Under the pieces are notes generated by a model. It made no database searches and was not told the origin of the DNA. It worked only from the letters and a program-made list of their open reading frames with translations. Made by a program: the position numbers and the translations under genes. Positions 1 through 11,296 of a stretch of 32,000 bases of DNA are shown here, in pieces (the first letter of the stretch is position 1; the number at the start of each line of letters is the position of its first letter). Where the stretch lies: NCBI RefSeq assembly GCF_043950625.1, contig NZ_CP171007.1. The stretch is one strand, 5' to 3'. This DNA is from Alkanindiges sp. WGS2144 (GTDB lineage Bacteria; Pseudomonadota; Gammaproteobacteria; Pseudomonadales; Moraxellaceae).

Positions 1-1
1 G

Positions 2-472
2 GCCAATGGCCGCTTTCAGGCTGTGATTGAAGAAGTGGATAATATTGATAAGAACAAGGTTGAACGGCTGGTGCTATGCGGTGGCAAGGTATACTACGAC
101 CTACTGGAAAAGCGTCGTGAAGAAGACATTGATGATATTGCCATTGTGCGTATTGAGCAGCTTTATCCATATCCGCAGGAGCGGGTACGCGAAATCATGG
201 CGCAATATCCAAACCTTAAGCAGCTGATCTGGGCACAGGAAGAACCTAAAAATCAGGGTGCCTGGCTATTTATTGCTCATCAATTGTATAAAGACCTGGC
301 CAGCCTGGATAATGGCAAATCCATTGAATTAATTTTTGCTGGTCGCGAAGCCTCTGCTGCCCCTGCCAGCGGTTCACCTTATTTGCATGCAAAACAGCAG
401 GCCACACTGGTGAGTGATGCCCTAGGGTTAGACACCAGAAGTACCCAGCCTGAACAACAAGGAGAAGCCTAA
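2..472 (+). CDS. sucA: 2-oxoglutarate dehydrogenase E1 component, C-terminal fragment (gene starts upstream of the window)
   Basis: The frame is open from base 2. The C-terminal sequence ([11 protein letters not shown]...[12 protein letters not shown]) is typical of SucA. The stop lies 2 nt before the sucB start, in a sucA-sucB-lpd context. Confidence 0.9.
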   Translation, partial: ANGRFQAVIEEVDNIDKNKVERLVLCGGKVYYDLLEKRREEDIDDIAIVRIEQLYPYPQERVREIMAQYPNLKQLIWAQEEPKNQGAWLFIAHQLYKDLASLDNGKSIELIFAGREASAAPASGSPYLHAKQQATLVSDALGLDTRSTQPEQQGEA

Positions 473-474
473 TC

Positions 475-1716
475 ATGGCAACAGAAATCAAAGCCCCCGT
501 ATTTCCAGAGTCCGTTGCGGACGGTACTGTTGCCACCTGGCACAAAAAAGTAGGTGAAGCTGTTTCACGTGATGAAGTCATTGCCGATATTGAAACTGAC
601 AAGGTAGTACTGGAGGTTGTTGCGCCAGCAGATGGCTCACTCACCAATATCGCTAAGCAGGAAGGTGATACCGTACTGTCTGGGGAGGTCATTGCCACCT
701 TTGAGGCAGGTGCTGGTGCGGTGAGTCAGGAACAGGTGGCTCAGGAGTCACAGCAATCCGAGGCAGGCGCAGCACCCATTGTACAGCGCGATGAACCTGC
801 TGCGGTAAATAACCAGTCCGATAAGGATCAAAGCCCGGCAGTGCGTAAAGCGGTTGCTGAAACTGGCGTGGATGTAAATAACATTTCTGGCACTGGTCGT
901 GGTGGACGTATCACCAAGGAAGATGTGGCTAATCATGCCAATGCGCCTAAAGCAGCACAGCCAGCCAGCCAGTCTGCTCAGCAGTCAGGCACTGCCATTA
1001 GTCAGGCGGTGGGTGAGCGTATTGAAAAACGTGTGCCAATGACCCGCCTGCGCAAACGCGTGGCTGAGCGTCTTCTGTCTGCCAGTCAGGATACTGCCAT
1101 GCTGACGACTTTTAACGAAGTCAACATGAAGCCGATCATGGACATGCGCAAGCTGTATCAGGAGCGTTTTGAAAAGCGCCACGGTACCAAGCTGGGCTTT
1201 ATGTCTTTCTTTGTTAAGGCAGCGACTGAGGCACTGAAGCGCTATCCGGCAGTAAATGCCTCTATTGACGGGGATGACATTGTTTATCATGGTTACTATG
1301 ACATCGGCGTAGCAGTGTCTTCTGATCGTGGCCTGGTGGTTCCAGTGCTGCGTGATACGGATCGTTTAAACCATGCAGAAGTTGAAAAAAATATTATCGA
1401 CTTTGGTAAAAAAGCCCGCGACGGCAAGCTGTCACTTGATGATATGACTGGTGGTACGTTTACCATCTCCAACGGTGGGGTATTTGGTTCGCTACTCTCG
1501 ACGCCCATTTTAAACCCGCCACAAACGGCCATTCTGGGTATGCACAAAATCCAGGAACGCCCGATGGCAGTCGATGGTCAGGTAGTGATACTGCCCATGA
1601 TGTATCTGGCGCTGTCTTATGACCATCGCATGATTGATGGTAAGGAAGCAGTTGGTTTTCTGGTAGCCATCAAGCAGTTTATTGAAGACCCGGCTTCCCT
1701 GCTGCTAGACCTGTAA
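475..1716 (+). CDS. sucB: dihydrolipoyllysine-residue succinyltransferase (E2 of 2-oxoglutarate dehydrogenase)
   Basis: N-terminal lipoyl domain with the ETDKV lipoylation motif, an Ala/Gln/Pro-rich linker, and a C-terminal catalytic DHRMIDG motif. RBS aaggag lies upstream. Confidence 0.95.
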   Translation: MATEIKAPVFPESVADGTVATWHKKVGEAVSRDEVIADIETDKVVLEVVAPADGSLTNIAKQEGDTVLSGEVIATFEAGAGAVSQEQVAQESQQSEAGAAPIVQRDEPAAVNNQSDKDQSPAVRKAVAETGVDVNNISGTGRGGRITKEDVANHANAPKAAQPASQSAQQSGTAISQAVGERIEKRVPMTRLRKRVAERLLSASQDTAMLTTFNEVNMKPIMDMRKLYQERFEKRHGTKLGFMSFFVKAATEALKRYPAVNASIDGDDIVYHGYYDIGVAVSSDRGLVVPVLRDTDRLNHAEVEKNIIDFGKKARDGKLSLDDMTGGTFTISNGGVFGSLLSTPILNPPQTAILGMHKIQERPMAVDGQVVILPMMYLALSYDHRMIDGKEAVGFLVAIKQFIEDPASLLLDL

Positions 1717-1793
1717 ACAGTCGCTGGTGAAGGGCATCTCATTTGATCGTTTAAAAGCCTGCAAGCGTGTTGATCCTGCAGGCCAAGGAGTAA

Positions 1794-3248
<1,455 letters not shown>

Positions 3249-3253
3249 AACAG

Positions 3254-3288
3254 ATGCCAGTTAACTTGGGGCTAGCTGGCATTGTTTA
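3254..3288 (+). terminator. weak hairpin after lpdA (possible partial terminator)
   Basis: atgccag (3254-3260) pairs with ctggcat (3276-3282) and is followed by tgttt. The stem is 7 bp and the T-tract is poor. Confidence 0.3.
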
Positions 3289-3483
3289 GCAGTGTTATTG
3301 AGCAGCTACACGTTGCAAGAATTTGAAAATGAAGTAAGCAGTTTCACTTTTAAGCACCAAAGGCGTTTGCCAAAACGGTTTGAAAGTGACTTTGTGTCTG
3401 GAATACGTCGCGTTGTCCGGTTGCCACAAGCAATGACAGCGCAGTATTTAAATTAACCAACGACAATACGGTTAGGTCTATCA

Positions 3484-4647
3484 ATGAACTTACATGAATA
3501 TCAAGCAAAAGCGTTGCTTAAAAAATACGGCATGCCGGTACAGGAAGGCATTTTGGCAACCACGCCTGAAGAGGCCGCTGAAGCGTTTGAGAAAATTGGT
3601 AACTTTGCCGTCATCAAGGCGCAGGTTCATGCAGGTGGCCGTGGTAAGGCTGGCGGTGTAAAAATTGCCAAGAGCAGGGAAGAAGCTGCGCAAATTGCCC
3701 GTGATTTAATCGGCAAACGACTGGTGACTTATCAAACAGATGCCAACGGCCAGCCAGTGAACAGCGTACTGGTCAGTGAGGATGTCTATCCAGTTGAGCG
3801 TGAGCTGTACCTGGGTGCTGTGGTGGATCGTTCGACTCGCCGGGTGACCTTTATGGCGTCTACTGAAGGCGGTGTTGAAATTGAGAAGGTTGCTGAGGAA
3901 ACCCCCGAAAAGATCATTAAGGTGACGGTTGATCCATTGGTTGGCCTGCTGCCTTTTCAGGCACGTGATGTAGCGTTCCAGCTTGGCTTAAAAGATAAAC
4001 AGATCAATCAGTTTGCCAAACTGATGACGGGTGCCTATCAGGCCTTTATCGACAATGATTTTGCCCTGTTTGAAATCAACCCCTTATCTGTGCGGGAAAA
4101 TGGCCAGATTTTGTGTGTTGATGCCAAAATTGGCATTGATTCCAATGCTTTGTACCGCTTGCCTGAGCTTGCAGCCGAGCGCGATACCTCGCAGGAAAAC
4201 GAGCGCGAGCTTAAAGCATCCGAGTTTGAGCTGAATTATGTGGCGCTGGAAGGCAATATTGGCTGCATGGTCAATGGTGCCGGTCTTGCCATGGCCACCA
4301 TGGATATTATCAAGCTGTATGGCGGCCAGCCAGCCAACTTCCTGGATGTGGGCGGTGGTGCTACCAAGGAGCGCGTGATTGAGGCTTTTAAACTGATTCT
4401 GGCTGATAGTTCGGTACAGGGTGTCTTAATTAATATTTTTGGCGGTATTGTACGCTGCGACATGATTGCCGAAGCCATTGTAGCCGCTGTAAAAGAAGTG
4501 AATGTGACTGTTCCTGTGGTAGTCCGGCTCGAAGGTAACAATGCCGAGCTTGGTTCGCAGATTCTAGAGCAATCAGGTCTTAAACTTACCCCAGCGCAAG
4601 GTCTGGCTGATGCAGCCCAAAAAATTGTTGCAGCCGTAAAAGCCTAA
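3484..4647 (+). CDS. sucC: succinate--CoA ligase (ADP-forming) subunit beta
   Basis: Canonical N-terminus MNLHEYQAK, an ATP-grasp region, and the GGIVRCD motif. Confidence 0.97.
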   Translation: MNLHEYQAKALLKKYGMPVQEGILATTPEEAAEAFEKIGNFAVIKAQVHAGGRGKAGGVKIAKSREEAAQIARDLIGKRLVTYQTDANGQPVNSVLVSEDVYPVERELYLGAVVDRSTRRVTFMASTEGGVEIEKVAEETPEKIIKVTVDPLVGLLPFQARDVAFQLGLKDKQINQFAKLMTGAYQAFIDNDFALFEINPLSVRENGQILCVDAKIGIDSNALYRLPELAAERDTSQENERELKASEFELNYVALEGNIGCMVNGAGLAMATMDIIKLYGGQPANFLDVGGGATKERVIEAFKLILADSSVQGVLINIFGGIVRCDMIAEAIVAAVKEVNVTVPVVVRLEGNNAELGSQILEQSGLKLTPAQGLADAAQKIVAAVKA

Positions 4648-4658
4648 GGAGCATTAGC

Positions 4659-5549
4659 ATGAGCGTATTAATTAATAAAGACACCAAGGTTCTGGTACAG
4701 GGCTTTACGGGCAAAAACGGTACATTCCACTCCGAACAAGCCATTGCCTACGGCACCAAAGTGGTGGGTGGGGTAACACCGGGCAAGGGTGGTTCAACCC
4801 ATCTGGATTTGCCAGTATTTAACACCATGCGTGAAGCTGTGGAGCAAACCCAGGCCGATGCAACAGTGATTTATGTGCCTGCGCCATTTGTACTGGATTC
4901 CATTATTGAAGCGGTTGATTCTGGTGTTGGCCTGATTGTGGTGATTACCGAAGGCGTACCTACACTTGATATGCTAAAAGCCAAGCGTTATCTGGAAACC
5001 AATGGCAATGGTACCCGCCTGGTTGGTCCTAACTGCCCCGGCGTGATTACACCAGGTGAATGTAAAATTGGTATTATGCCAGGTCATATCCATTTGCCAG
5101 GCCGTATAGGCATTATTTCCCGTTCCGGTACGCTAACTTATGAAGCGGTGGCACAAACCACCAAGCTGGGTTTGGGTCAATCTACCTGTATTGGTATTGG
5201 TGGTGACCCGATTCCGGGTATGAACCAGATTGATGCCCTGAAACTGTTCCAGGATGATCCGGACACTGATGCGATCATCATGATTGGGGAAATTGGTGGT
5301 TCTGCGGAAGAAGAAGCCGCTGAGTACATCCAGTCTAACGTGAGCAAGCCGGTAGTCGGCTATATTGCCGGGGTAACTGCACCTAAAGGCAAACGTATGG
5401 GTCATGCCGGTGCGATTATTTCTGGTGGTAAAGGGACTGCCGAAGAAAAATTTGCCGCGTTTGAAAAAGCAGGTATGGCGTATACCCGTAGTCCAGCCGA
5501 GCTGGGCTCTACCATGCTGGAAGTTTTAAAAAGCAAAGGCATGGCTTAA
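4659..5549 (+). CDS. sucD: succinate--CoA ligase subunit alpha
   Basis: N-terminal [14 protein letters not shown] CoA-binding motif and the phosphohistidine loop MGHAGAI. RBS aaggag lies upstream, 11 nt after sucC. Confidence 0.97.
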   Translation: MSVLINKDTKVLVQGFTGKNGTFHSEQAIAYGTKVVGGVTPGKGGSTHLDLPVFNTMREAVEQTQADATVIYVPAPFVLDSIIEAVDSGVGLIVVITEGVPTLDMLKAKRYLETNGNGTRLVGPNCPGVITPGECKIGIMPGHIHLPGRIGIISRSGTLTYEAVAQTTKLGLGQSTCIGIGGDPIPGMNQIDALKLFQDDPDTDAIIMIGEIGGSAEEEAAEYIQSNVSKPVVGYIAGVTAPKGKRMGHAGAIISGGKGTAEEKFAAFEKAGMAYTRSPAELGSTMLEVLKSKGMA

Positions 5550-5579
5550 CGACCTGCTAATGCTTTAACTGATGGGTTT

Positions 5580-5607
5580 AAGGACGCTATTTAGCGTCCT
5601 TTTTTAT
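5580..5607 (+). terminator. rho-independent terminator of the suc operon
   Basis: aggacgct (5581-5588) / agcgtcct (5593-5600) stem with a 4-nt loop, followed by tttttat. Confidence 0.8.
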
Positions 5608-5641
5608 GAGTAAGTATTAAAAATAATGGTTTTGAGATGAT

Positions 5642-6859
5642 ATGTCGAGTTTAGATACGCCAGTACCTTTAACCACCCTGACCACATCCAGACAACTATT
5701 TTGGGTGATTGTAGCATTGGCTTTAGGCGGCTTTGGTATTGGCACTACAGAGTTTGTGGCCATGGGTTTGATTCAGGAAATTGCCCAGGGCGTTGAAGTG
5801 AGCGTGCCTATTGCCGGTTATATCATCAGTGCCTATGCTCTGGGTGTGGTGGTCGGTGCACCAATCATTGCTATTTTGTTTGCCCGGATGCCACGTAAGG
5901 GTTTATTGCTGGCACTGATGCTGTTTTTTACTTTAGGCAATGCCGCAACGGCTTTTGCACCAGATTTTAATAGTCTGGTAATTTCCCGCTTTATTGCTGG
6001 CTTACCTCATGGCGCTTATTTTGGGGTGGCTGCGCTGGTGGCCGCCACGCTAGCCGGGCCAGCCAAACGTGCCCAGGCTGTGGCACGTGTTATGCTGGGT
6101 TTAACTGTCGCCACGGTAATCGGTGTACCGTTTGCCACCTGGCTGGGACAGCATTTAGGCTGGCGCAGTGGATTTGTATTTGCTGCGGCTATCGGTGGTT
6201 TAACGATTGTGGCGATCTGGCTGGCTTTGCCCAAAATGGCTGTGCCTGCCAGCGCCAGTATAAAAGCTGAATTTAAAGGAATTAAAAACAGCCAGATGTG
6301 GCTAACGTTAGGAATTGCAGCCATTGGCTTCGGCGGTATGTTCTCAGTCTATACGTTTGTATCGCCTTTACTTACTCATTATACCGGGGTCAGTATCCGC
6401 TACGTGCCAGTTGCTTTGGCAATCTGGGGCTGCGGTATGGTAGTTGGTGGCCTTATTGGCGGCTGGCTGGCTGATCGTGGTATGAAAAAAGCCCTGTACA
6501 GCATTATTTTTGCCATGATTGCTGCATTTATGCTTGCGCCTTTTATGATGCAGCAGATTTATAGTGCAGTACTGGCATTGTTTATGATGGGCGCGACGGG
6601 TATGGCGCTGGGGCCGGCTTTACAAACCCGTCTCATGGATGTGGCGGGCGAAGCACAAACGCTGGCTGCTTCTCTTAATCATTCAGCATTTAATATTGCC
6701 AATGCCCAGGGCGCCTGGCTGGGCAGTGTGGTCATCAGTGCTGGTTATGGCTGGCTGGCGCCTATCTGGGTAGGCGTTGGTTTAAGTGTTGGTGGTTTAG
6801 TCATTTTAATGATTTCAATGATTATGGAAAAGCCAGTTCAAGCTTGTCCAGTGTCATAA
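5642..6859 (+). CDS. MFS transporter (DHA1-like, YdhP/AraJ-type efflux permease)
   Basis: 405 aa with about 12 hydrophobic segments throughout. The MFS loop motif (ARMPRKG) follows TM2. Substrate is unknown. Confidence 0.8.
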   Translation: MSSLDTPVPLTTLTTSRQLFWVIVALALGGFGIGTTEFVAMGLIQEIAQGVEVSVPIAGYIISAYALGVVVGAPIIAILFARMPRKGLLLALMLFFTLGNAATAFAPDFNSLVISRFIAGLPHGAYFGVAALVAATLAGPAKRAQAVARVMLGLTVATVIGVPFATWLGQHLGWRSGFVFAAAIGGLTIVAIWLALPKMAVPASASIKAEFKGIKNSQMWLTLGIAAIGFGGMFSVYTFVSPLLTHYTGVSIRYVPVALAIWGCGMVVGGLIGGWLADRGMKKALYSIIFAMIAAFMLAPFMMQQIYSAVLALFMMGATGMALGPALQTRLMDVAGEAQTLAASLNHSAFNIANAQGAWLGSVVISAGYGWLAPIWVGVGLSVGGLVILMISMIMEKPVQACPVS

Positions 6860-6870
6860 ATGATAAGAAA

Positions 6871-6900
6871 AAAGCCTTAAGAGGTTATCTTAAGGCTTTT
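6871..6900. terminator. bidirectional terminator between the convergent MFS gene and trpS
   Basis: aaagccttaag / cttaaggcttt stem, flanked by an A-run on the left and a T-run on the right. Read on the - strand it is followed by tttttt. Confidence 0.7.
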
Positions 6901-6922
6901 GAACCAGCAAGTGCATGATCAG

Positions 6923-7939
6923 TTAAAAGCGAAATAATCCCAGGGCATTTTTAACCTCATCGAGCGTTTGCTGGGTGACTACCTGTGCTTTTTGTGTGCC
7001 GGCCTGTAGTACGTCCATGACATAGGCAGGATCCTGGGCAAACTGGTTACGGCGCTCACGAATGGGCGTGATCATTTCTACCAGACGCTCATACAGACGT
7101 TTTTTTAGCACTGAATCACCCAGCCCACCGCGGCGGTAGTGCGCTTTAAGCTCGGCAATTTCTTCTGGATGTTCATCAAAGGCGTCCAGATAAGTAAATA
7201 CCACATTGCCTTCGACCTGGCCGGGGTCACTGACCTTTAAATGATTGGGGTCAGTATACATTTTATTCACTGCTTTTTTAATATCATCGTCAGTGGCATT
7301 AAGCACAATAGTATTACCCAGTGATTTGCTCATCTTGGCCTTGCCATCAAAGCCGGGCAGACGCGCCACGTTAGATAGCATGGCTTTGCATTCGGGCAAA
7401 ATATCCTGCCCCACCTGACGGTTAATACGGCGCACAATTTCGTTGGTTTGCTCAATCATGGGAATCTGGTCTTCGCCCACTGGCACTAACGTGGCTTTAA
7501 ATGCAGTAATGTCGGCTGCCTGTGCTACCGGATAACACAAAAACCCTGCTGGAATATCACGCTCAAACCCGCGCAAAATAATTTCCTGCTTAATGGTGGG
7601 GTTACGTTCCAGTCGCGCCACGGTGACAAAGTTTAAGTACAGCATGGTCAGCTCATTGAGCGCTGGTACGCAGGACTGCACAAAAATGGTGGTTTTGGCA
7701 GGGTCAATACCCACTGCCAGATAATCCAGTGCCACTTCCAGCACATTGCGTTGTACTTTTTCGGGGTTGTCAAAGTTGTCGGTAAGTGCCTGTGCATCAG
7801 CCAGCAATAAGAACTGATGATGGGTATCCTGTAAGGTCGTCCGGGTTTTTAGTGAGCCAGCATAATGGCCAAGGTGGAGTTGTCCAGTGGTACGATCACC
7901 CGTCAAGACCACGGGGCGCTTGTCAATGCTACTGCTCAT
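6923..7939 (-). CDS. trpS: tryptophan--tRNA ligase
   Basis: Class I signature HLGH (QLHLGHYAG) and KMSKS are both present. I place the start at the ATG at 7939 (MSSSIDKRP..., 338 aa). The track ORF extends to a TTG at 7990, but that extension has no homology-like content. Confidence 0.9.
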   Translation of the reverse strand: MSSSIDKRPVVLTGDRTTGQLHLGHYAGSLKTRTTLQDTHHQFLLLADAQALTDNFDNPEKVQRNVLEVALDYLAVGIDPAKTTIFVQSCVPALNELTMLYLNFVTVARLERNPTIKQEIILRGFERDIPAGFLCYPVAQAADITAFKATLVPVGEDQIPMIEQTNEIVRRINRQVGQDILPECKAMLSNVARLPGFDGKAKMSKSLGNTIVLNATDDDIKKAVNKMYTDPNHLKVSDPGQVEGNVVFTYLDAFDEHPEEIAELKAHYRRGGLGDSVLKKRLYERLVEMITPIRERRNQFAQDPAYVMDVLQAGTQKAQVVTQQTLDEVKNALGLFRF

Positions 7940-8161
7940 AACTACAGATCCGGTTTTTATGCAAAGGTTAAAGGCAGCCATACGCTGCAAAGATGGAGGC
8001 TATTGTAGAGGCTTCATGCTTTTTTTGTTGTACATAATTTGAACGGATTGTGTCTCTTACTCAATTAATTTAAATTAAAGTCAGAGAGTCACGGCAGGTG
8101 GAAACCCGCCTGTACCAAAAAGTATTTTCTGTTGAGGCGTGTTTTTATCAGGGTGAACAAA

Positions 8162-8668
8162 ATGGGTCAACGCTGCAGCAAATTACAAGCCAGCATTTTG
8201 TCAGCTGTTGTGCTTAGCCTATGCTGGGGCAATGCCGTAATGGCACAGGACAAGAATGCCATATATGTAGGTCGCAGCAAGCTGGCACCAGAACAGTATA
8301 ACGATCATCATTCACGCCACGCTCATTCAAGTCGAAAACGCTCTTATTCAACCTATCCGCGTGTTATCAACAAGTCGCCCGGCTATGATGCCTCGTCTGG
8401 TCGCTCAGGAATTTCTGCCCGGCTTTACTACCAGGCACCAAGCACAACCACCATTACCCGCAATGTACACATTATTCCGCCGCAAAATGGCGTGGGCGAT
8501 GTGTACTATAGTCAGGATAGCTATTATCTTTATCCGTCAGCACCGGTGTATCCTTATCCACGCCAGCCGGGTTATGCAAGTCAGCCACTTATTCCAGTGG
8601 TCATTGATCCAAAAGCGACAGAGAGCCGTGCCAAGCAATGGACGGACAAAAGTGATTTTGGTCGCTAA
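8162..8668 (+). CDS. hypothetical secreted Tyr/Pro/Ser-rich protein
   Basis: The ATG at 8162 gives a signal-peptide-like N-terminus (LQASILSAVVLSLCWGNAVMA/QD). The mature part is low-complexity with YY, YPYP and SxxY runs. I recognise no family. Confidence 0.55.
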   Translation: MGQRCSKLQASILSAVVLSLCWGNAVMAQDKNAIYVGRSKLAPEQYNDHHSRHAHSSRKRSYSTYPRVINKSPGYDASSGRSGISARLYYQAPSTTTITRNVHIIPPQNGVGDVYYSQDSYYLYPSAPVYPYPRQPGYASQPLIPVVIDPKATESRAKQWTDKSDFGR

Positions 8669-8778
8669 TTCTTACATTTTCCTTTCATAAAAAATCTTTT
8701 TTACTGCAAAAAGCCAGTTGAGGCTGGCACCAATACCACTTATGTTAATGATATTTAGAAATACTTTAAGTAGGTAGT

Positions 8779-9741
8779 ATGGCAGTTAGCAGCTTATTGG
8801 GCCTGATCGATGATATTACCACTATTCTTGATGACATCGCACTGATGAGCAAGCTGGCCGCCAAAAAAACAGCCGGAGTGCTTGGTGATGATTTAGCCTT
8901 GAATGCTGAGCAGATTACTGGCGTCAAGGCAGATCGTGAGCTGCCTATTGTGTGGGAAGTGGCCAAAGGTTCGCTGGTCAATAAAGCCATTTTAATTCCG
9001 CTTGCCCTATTAATCAGTGCGTTTTGGGCAAAAGGTGTATTGTTGTTACTGATGATTGGCGGATTTTATTTGTGCTTTGAGGGGGTAGAAAAAGTAGTCC
9101 ATAGCTTGCAGTATCGGCAAAAAGCCTCAATAGAAAGTGCCGAGCAAGGTGCCCAGCAAGCCCGGCAAAGTATTCAGCAGTTAAAGAAACTGGAAGGTCA
9201 AAAGGTTAGGGGAGCTATTCGTACCGATTTTGTGCTGTCTGCAGAAATTGTGGTGATTACCCTGGGCACTGTGGCTGGCAGCAGTTTGCTGGAGCAGTCA
9301 GTGGTGCTGGCGATTGTGGCAATTGCCATAACTGCCGGAGTATATGGGCTGGTTGCGGCAATTTTACGGCTGGATGATGTGGGCCTTTACCTGATTCAAA
9401 AGCCGCAGCAGTTTTCCAGACGGCTGGGCTGCCGTATTCTCAGGTTTGCGCCTTATTTAATGAAAGCACTGTCTGTGGTGGGAACAATTGCCATGTTCCT
9501 GGTGGGTGGCGGTATTATTGCGCATGGCGTGCCGGTGATTCATCACTGGATAGAAGACCGTGCCGACCATATCCAGGTTATCCCGGCATTTGAGCATCTG
9601 TTTGAGTCATTGTTTACTGTTTTATTAAATGGATTGACAGGTATTGTGGCGGGCATTGTGGCGTTGGCAGTAGTGTTGCTTGGCCAGAAAGCATGGGCCG
9701 CTTTTAAATCTGATCAACCTGTTAAGCCCAGGAGAGATTAA
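8779..9741 (+). CDS. yedI: DUF808 family inner-membrane protein (YedI-like)
   Basis: The N-terminus SLLGLIDDITTILDDIALMSKLAAKKTAGVLGDDLALNAEQ closely matches what I recall of E. coli YedI/DUF808. Several TM segments follow. Confidence 0.85.
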   Translation: MAVSSLLGLIDDITTILDDIALMSKLAAKKTAGVLGDDLALNAEQITGVKADRELPIVWEVAKGSLVNKAILIPLALLISAFWAKGVLLLLMIGGFYLCFEGVEKVVHSLQYRQKASIESAEQGAQQARQSIQQLKKLEGQKVRGAIRTDFVLSAEIVVITLGTVAGSSLLEQSVVLAIVAIAITAGVYGLVAAILRLDDVGLYLIQKPQQFSRRLGCRILRFAPYLMKALSVVGTIAMFLVGGGIIAHGVPVIHHWIEDRADHIQVIPAFEHLFESLFTVLLNGLTGIVAGIVALAVVLLGQKAWAAFKSDQPVKPRRD

Positions 9742-9743
9742 TC

Positions 9744-10691
9744 ATGCGCTGGAAAGACCGCCGTGGCAGTAACCGGATTGAAGATGCACGAGGTAACAGT
9801 AGTGGATTGGGTGGCGCTGGTGGCAGCCCGCTGGCACTGATGGCTATTTTTTCCAGACTGGGCGTTAAGGGCAGCATTGTTGTGATTATCATTGGCCTGA
9901 TTGTGTGGAAAGTATTTGGCATTAATCCGCTGGCCTTGGTGGGTGGTAGTCAGGTGGGCACCCAGCAGGTACAGTCCGAGCCATATCAGGAAAGTAGTGA
10001 AGAGGCCGAAACCCGCCAGCTGGTCAGTGTGGTACTGGCTGATACGGAGGATGTCTGGCAGCAGATTTTTAGTCAGGCGGGTCAGCAGTACAGTAATCCT
10101 AGTCTGGTATTGTTTAATGGCGTGGTACGTTCTGGTTGTGGGGCGGCACAATCAGCCATGGGACCGTTTTATTGCCCGGCTGACCAAAAGGTCTATATTG
10201 ATCTGTCATTTTTTAAGCAAATGCGTCAGCAAATGGGTATTAGTGGCGATCAGGAGAGTAGCAGCGAAACCGAAATTTCTGACCAGGCTGGTGACTTTGC
10301 CCAGGCTTATGTGATTGCGCATGAAGTGGGTCACCACGTACAGAACCTGCTGGGTATTTCCAATCAGGTGCAACAGGCGCAGCAGCAGGTAGGTAAAACC
10401 AAAGGTAACGCTCTGTCGGTACGGTTGGAATTACAGGCCGATTGCTTTGCTGGGGTGTGGGCCTACCATAACCAGCAGCGTACCCAGTTTTTGCAGCCTG
10501 GCGATGTAGAAGAAGCGCTGGACGCTGCCAACAAGATTGGCGATGATTATCTGCAAAAACAGGCACGCGGTTATGCCGTGCCAGACAGTTTTACCCATGG
10601 CAGCAGCGTGCAACGCGAACGCTGGTTTAAGACCGGACTACAAAGCGGAGATATCAATCAATGCAATACGTTTAATGCCCTATCACTATAA
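9744..10691 (+). CDS. ypfJ: YpfJ-family neutral zinc metallopeptidase (membrane-anchored)
   Basis: YpfJ-like N-terminus MRWKDRRGSNRIEDARG, one TM segment, and the HEXXH zinc site AHEVGHHV. The start is 2 nt after the DUF808 stop, with RBS aggagag. Confidence 0.85.
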   Translation: MRWKDRRGSNRIEDARGNSSGLGGAGGSPLALMAIFSRLGVKGSIVVIIIGLIVWKVFGINPLALVGGSQVGTQQVQSEPYQESSEEAETRQLVSVVLADTEDVWQQIFSQAGQQYSNPSLVLFNGVVRSGCGAAQSAMGPFYCPADQKVYIDLSFFKQMRQQMGISGDQESSSETEISDQAGDFAQAYVIAHEVGHHVQNLLGISNQVQQAQQQVGKTKGNALSVRLELQADCFAGVWAYHNQQRTQFLQPGDVEEALDAANKIGDDYLQKQARGYAVPDSFTHGSSVQRERWFKTGLQSGDINQCNTFNALSL

Positions 10692-10756
10692 TTGGCATTC
10701 AGTTAGCTTTACACTCACTCATCAAGGTTTGTAAGAAAGTGTGTATAGATGAACAA

Positions 10757-10774
10757 ATATTCACTACTGAATAT
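10757..10774. promoter_or_regulatory. 18-bp palindrome, candidate operator
   Basis: atattca-ctac-tgaatat is a perfect 7-bp inverted repeat with a 4-bp spacer, 56 nt upstream of the ATG at 10830. Confidence 0.25.
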
Positions 10775-10829
10775 GTCGCTAAAATACTGTATAAAGAAGT
10801 TAAGACCTTGCTTTGAAAGGGGAGCAATA

Positions 10830-11150
10830 ATGATTCTAAAAAACCTATTAGCGGTTGGCTTACTGTCTCTCGGCATGGCAACCGCTTGGGCTGCGCCAGT
10901 CAACTATACTGCTGGTAGCGCGCACAAAGGTAGTGTGCAGGGTGACAGTATTGACTGGACTTGTGGTGATGGTAAATGTACTGCAATTGGCTCCAGTGCG
11001 GATAGCGAAGCCGACATGAAAGCCTGCCAGGGTTTGGCCAAGCAGGTTGGGCCTTTGGGTTATTTTAAATCAACTGCTGGTACGGACTGGTCACCTTCAA
11101 AAAACTCCAATCGTATGGCTTACTGTAATGCAGCAGTGGCGTTTAAATAA
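10830..11150 (+). CDS. small secreted protein, 4 Cys, unknown function
   Basis: RBS aaggggag lies 5-12 nt upstream of the ATG at 10830. Signal peptide MILKNLLAVGLLSLGMATAWA/AP. The mature part of about 85 aa has 4 cysteines. A terminator follows. Confidence 0.55.
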   Translation: MILKNLLAVGLLSLGMATAWAAPVNYTAGSAHKGSVQGDSIDWTCGDGKCTAIGSSADSEADMKACQGLAKQVGPLGYFKSTAGTDWSPSKNSNRMAYCNAAVAFK

Positions 11151-11181
11151 TTTCAGGTTAAACCCTACTTACAAATCCGAT

Positions 11182-11211
11182 AAAGCTCTTTCAACAAGGG
11201 CTTTATTTTTT
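11182..11211 (+). terminator. rho-independent terminator
   Basis: aaagctctt / aagggcttt stem (one G-U pair) with loop tcaac, followed by attttttt. Confidence 0.6.
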
Positions 11212-11296
11212 AGCCAGACTTGATTACTACAAACCAGAATTTAAAATTTCTTATAATAGGGCTTCTTCTCCAGCGCTCCAGTGATTTAATTACGCT

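Noticed and set aside
7940-7990. N-terminal extension of trpS to the TTG at 7990 (MQRMAAFNLCIKTGSVV).
   Set aside because: The extension has no RBS and does not look like TrpRS. The ATG at 7939 gives a 338-aa product of typical length, although its RBS is also weak.
8712-8740. Hairpin gccag-ttgag-ctggc preceded by an A-run, which would read as a terminator on the - strand.
   Set aside because: No - strand gene lies upstream of it (the neighbour at 8779 is on +). The stem is only 5 bp, and on the + strand it lacks a T-tract.
8361-10734. Overlapping alternative-frame ORFs 8361-8690, 9722-9922 -, 9738-10151 -, 9901-10314, 10240-10566 - and 10537-10734.
   Set aside because: Each overlaps a better-supported ORF (secreted protein, DUF808, YpfJ) and has odd composition.
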